DNA of 25,727 nucleotides from Chloroflexota bacterium (GTDB lineage: Bacteria > Chloroflexota > Limnocylindria > P2-11E). The position numbers and the translations under genes are program-made. Positions 24,964 through 25,727 of the stretch are shown here, piece after piece (position 1 is the first letter of the stretch; each line of letters starts with the position of its first letter). Below the pieces are notes generated by a model. It saw only the letters and a program-made list of their open reading frames with translations, did no database searches and was not told the DNA's origin. Where the stretch lies: contig JANLWM010000185.1 of assembly GCA_031364525.1 (NCBI GenBank), positions 1 to 25,727 of the forward strand. Direction: 5' to 3'.

Positions 24964-25727
24964 ATGGCTTACGTGGGAAAGGGTCTGGCGGTGGCGCTCC
25001 TCGGCGCGTTCATCGCCGCCGCGTGCGGCGGCACGCAAGAGGCGCCGGCGGTCCGCACCGCGCAGGTCAGCCGGGGCTCGGTGACCCAGACGGTCGCGGT
25101 CTCCGGATCGGTGAACTCGGCCGGCACCGTCAAGCTGAATCCGGCGACGAATGGGAAGGTGGCGCAGCTGTTCGTCTCGGTGGGCCAACAGGTCACCTCC
25201 GGCCAACCGCTCGCGAAGCTCGACACGACGGACCTGCAGGCCGCGCTTACGACCGCCCTCAATAACCTCGCGGGGGCGCAGACGAACTACGACAAGGCGC
25301 TCTCTGGCGTGAGCGACGCGCAGAACAATCTGACCCAGGCGCAGATCTCGGCCGCGAACGACATCGCGACGGCGCAATCGGCGCTGACGAAGCTCAAGGC
25401 GAATTACTCCTCGGCGGAGAGCACCTTCACGAACCTGAGCACCTCCATCCGCCCTGACGTCATGGCGTTCACCTCTTCGATCGACGGCATGCGCATCCAG
25501 CTGCAGCAGGCGATCAACGACATGAGCCAGCGATCCTCGTCCGATGTGACGGCGGCGCGAAGCTCGCTCGTCAGCGCCGACACGACCTTCGTCAACGCGC
25601 AGTCCTACGCGAACACGCAGCTCACTGCGACGCTCAACGACTTCGCGAGCGCCCGTGACACCCTGGCAGCCGCGGTCACTGCGTTCGACGCGGCCATCGC
25701 CTCAGGGAGCGACCCCGCCGGCGCGCG
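24964..25727 (+). CDS. Efflux periplasmic adaptor / membrane-fusion protein (MacA/YknX-like), 3' end runs off the window
   Basis: Not in the ORF track. MAYVGKGLAVALLGAFIAAACGG has a lipobox-like Cys; VSRGSVTQTVAVSGSV and GKVAQLFVSVGQQVTSGQPLAKLDTTDL (lipoyl-like half) are followed by a long coiled coil. Confidence 0.88.
   Translation, partial: MAYVGKGLAVALLGAFIAAACGGTQEAPAVRTAQVSRGSVTQTVAVSGSVNSAGTVKLNPATNGKVAQLFVSVGQQVTSGQPLAKLDTTDLQAALTTALNNLAGAQTNYDKALSGVSDAQNNLTQAQISAANDIATAQSALTKLKANYSSAESTFTNLSTSIRPDVMAFTSSIDGMRIQLQQAINDMSQRSSSDVTAARSSLVSADTTFVNAQSYANTQLTATLNDFASARDTLAAAVTAFDAAIASGSDPAGA

Noticed and set aside
1-25727. CRISPR arrays, tRNA/rRNA, IS elements, prophage or defence genes
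   Set aside because: No spaced direct repeats, RNA-gene signatures, terminal inverted repeats, or integrase or transposase motifs were seen.

Overview
High-GC (roughly 70% by eye) bacterial chromosomal window that is almost entirely coding, with 32 CDSs, two of them cut by the window edges. I found no rRNA, tRNA, CRISPR array, integrase or transposase. The rplU-rpmA-rpmE-tdk-DUF1385-prfA order and frequent leaderless-type starts suggest Chloroflexota (inference only). Left to right it holds an EamA transporter, an acyl-CoA block (two acyl-CoA dehydrogenases, thioesterase, acyl-CoA synthetase), an orphan ParB-like protein, thyX-deacetylase-Yip1, a FecR-domain protein, a GNAT, a beta-CASP nuclease and a HAD hydrolase. 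Then come a LuxR-PAS/receiver pair, a ribosomal/RF1 operon ending in alkA-like and dinB-like genes, a heme-copper-oxidase-like membrane protein, a degenerate MBL-fold protein, and an ECF sigma locus followed by an efflux adaptor. Most of this is ordinary core genome. The best leads are: (1) three phased DnaA boxes at 3137-3207; (2) a stand-alone 12-TM protein with a CcoN-like HxHSGxLGW motif but no CuB ligands; (3) an alkA-like gene whose conserved-looking N-terminus can only start at ACG just after prfA; (4) an MBL-fold protein that has lost most metal ligands; (5) an inverted LuxR-PAS regulator divergent from a lone receiver domain; (6) an alphaproteobacterial-looking thyX. All family assignments come from motif recognition, and no searches were run.
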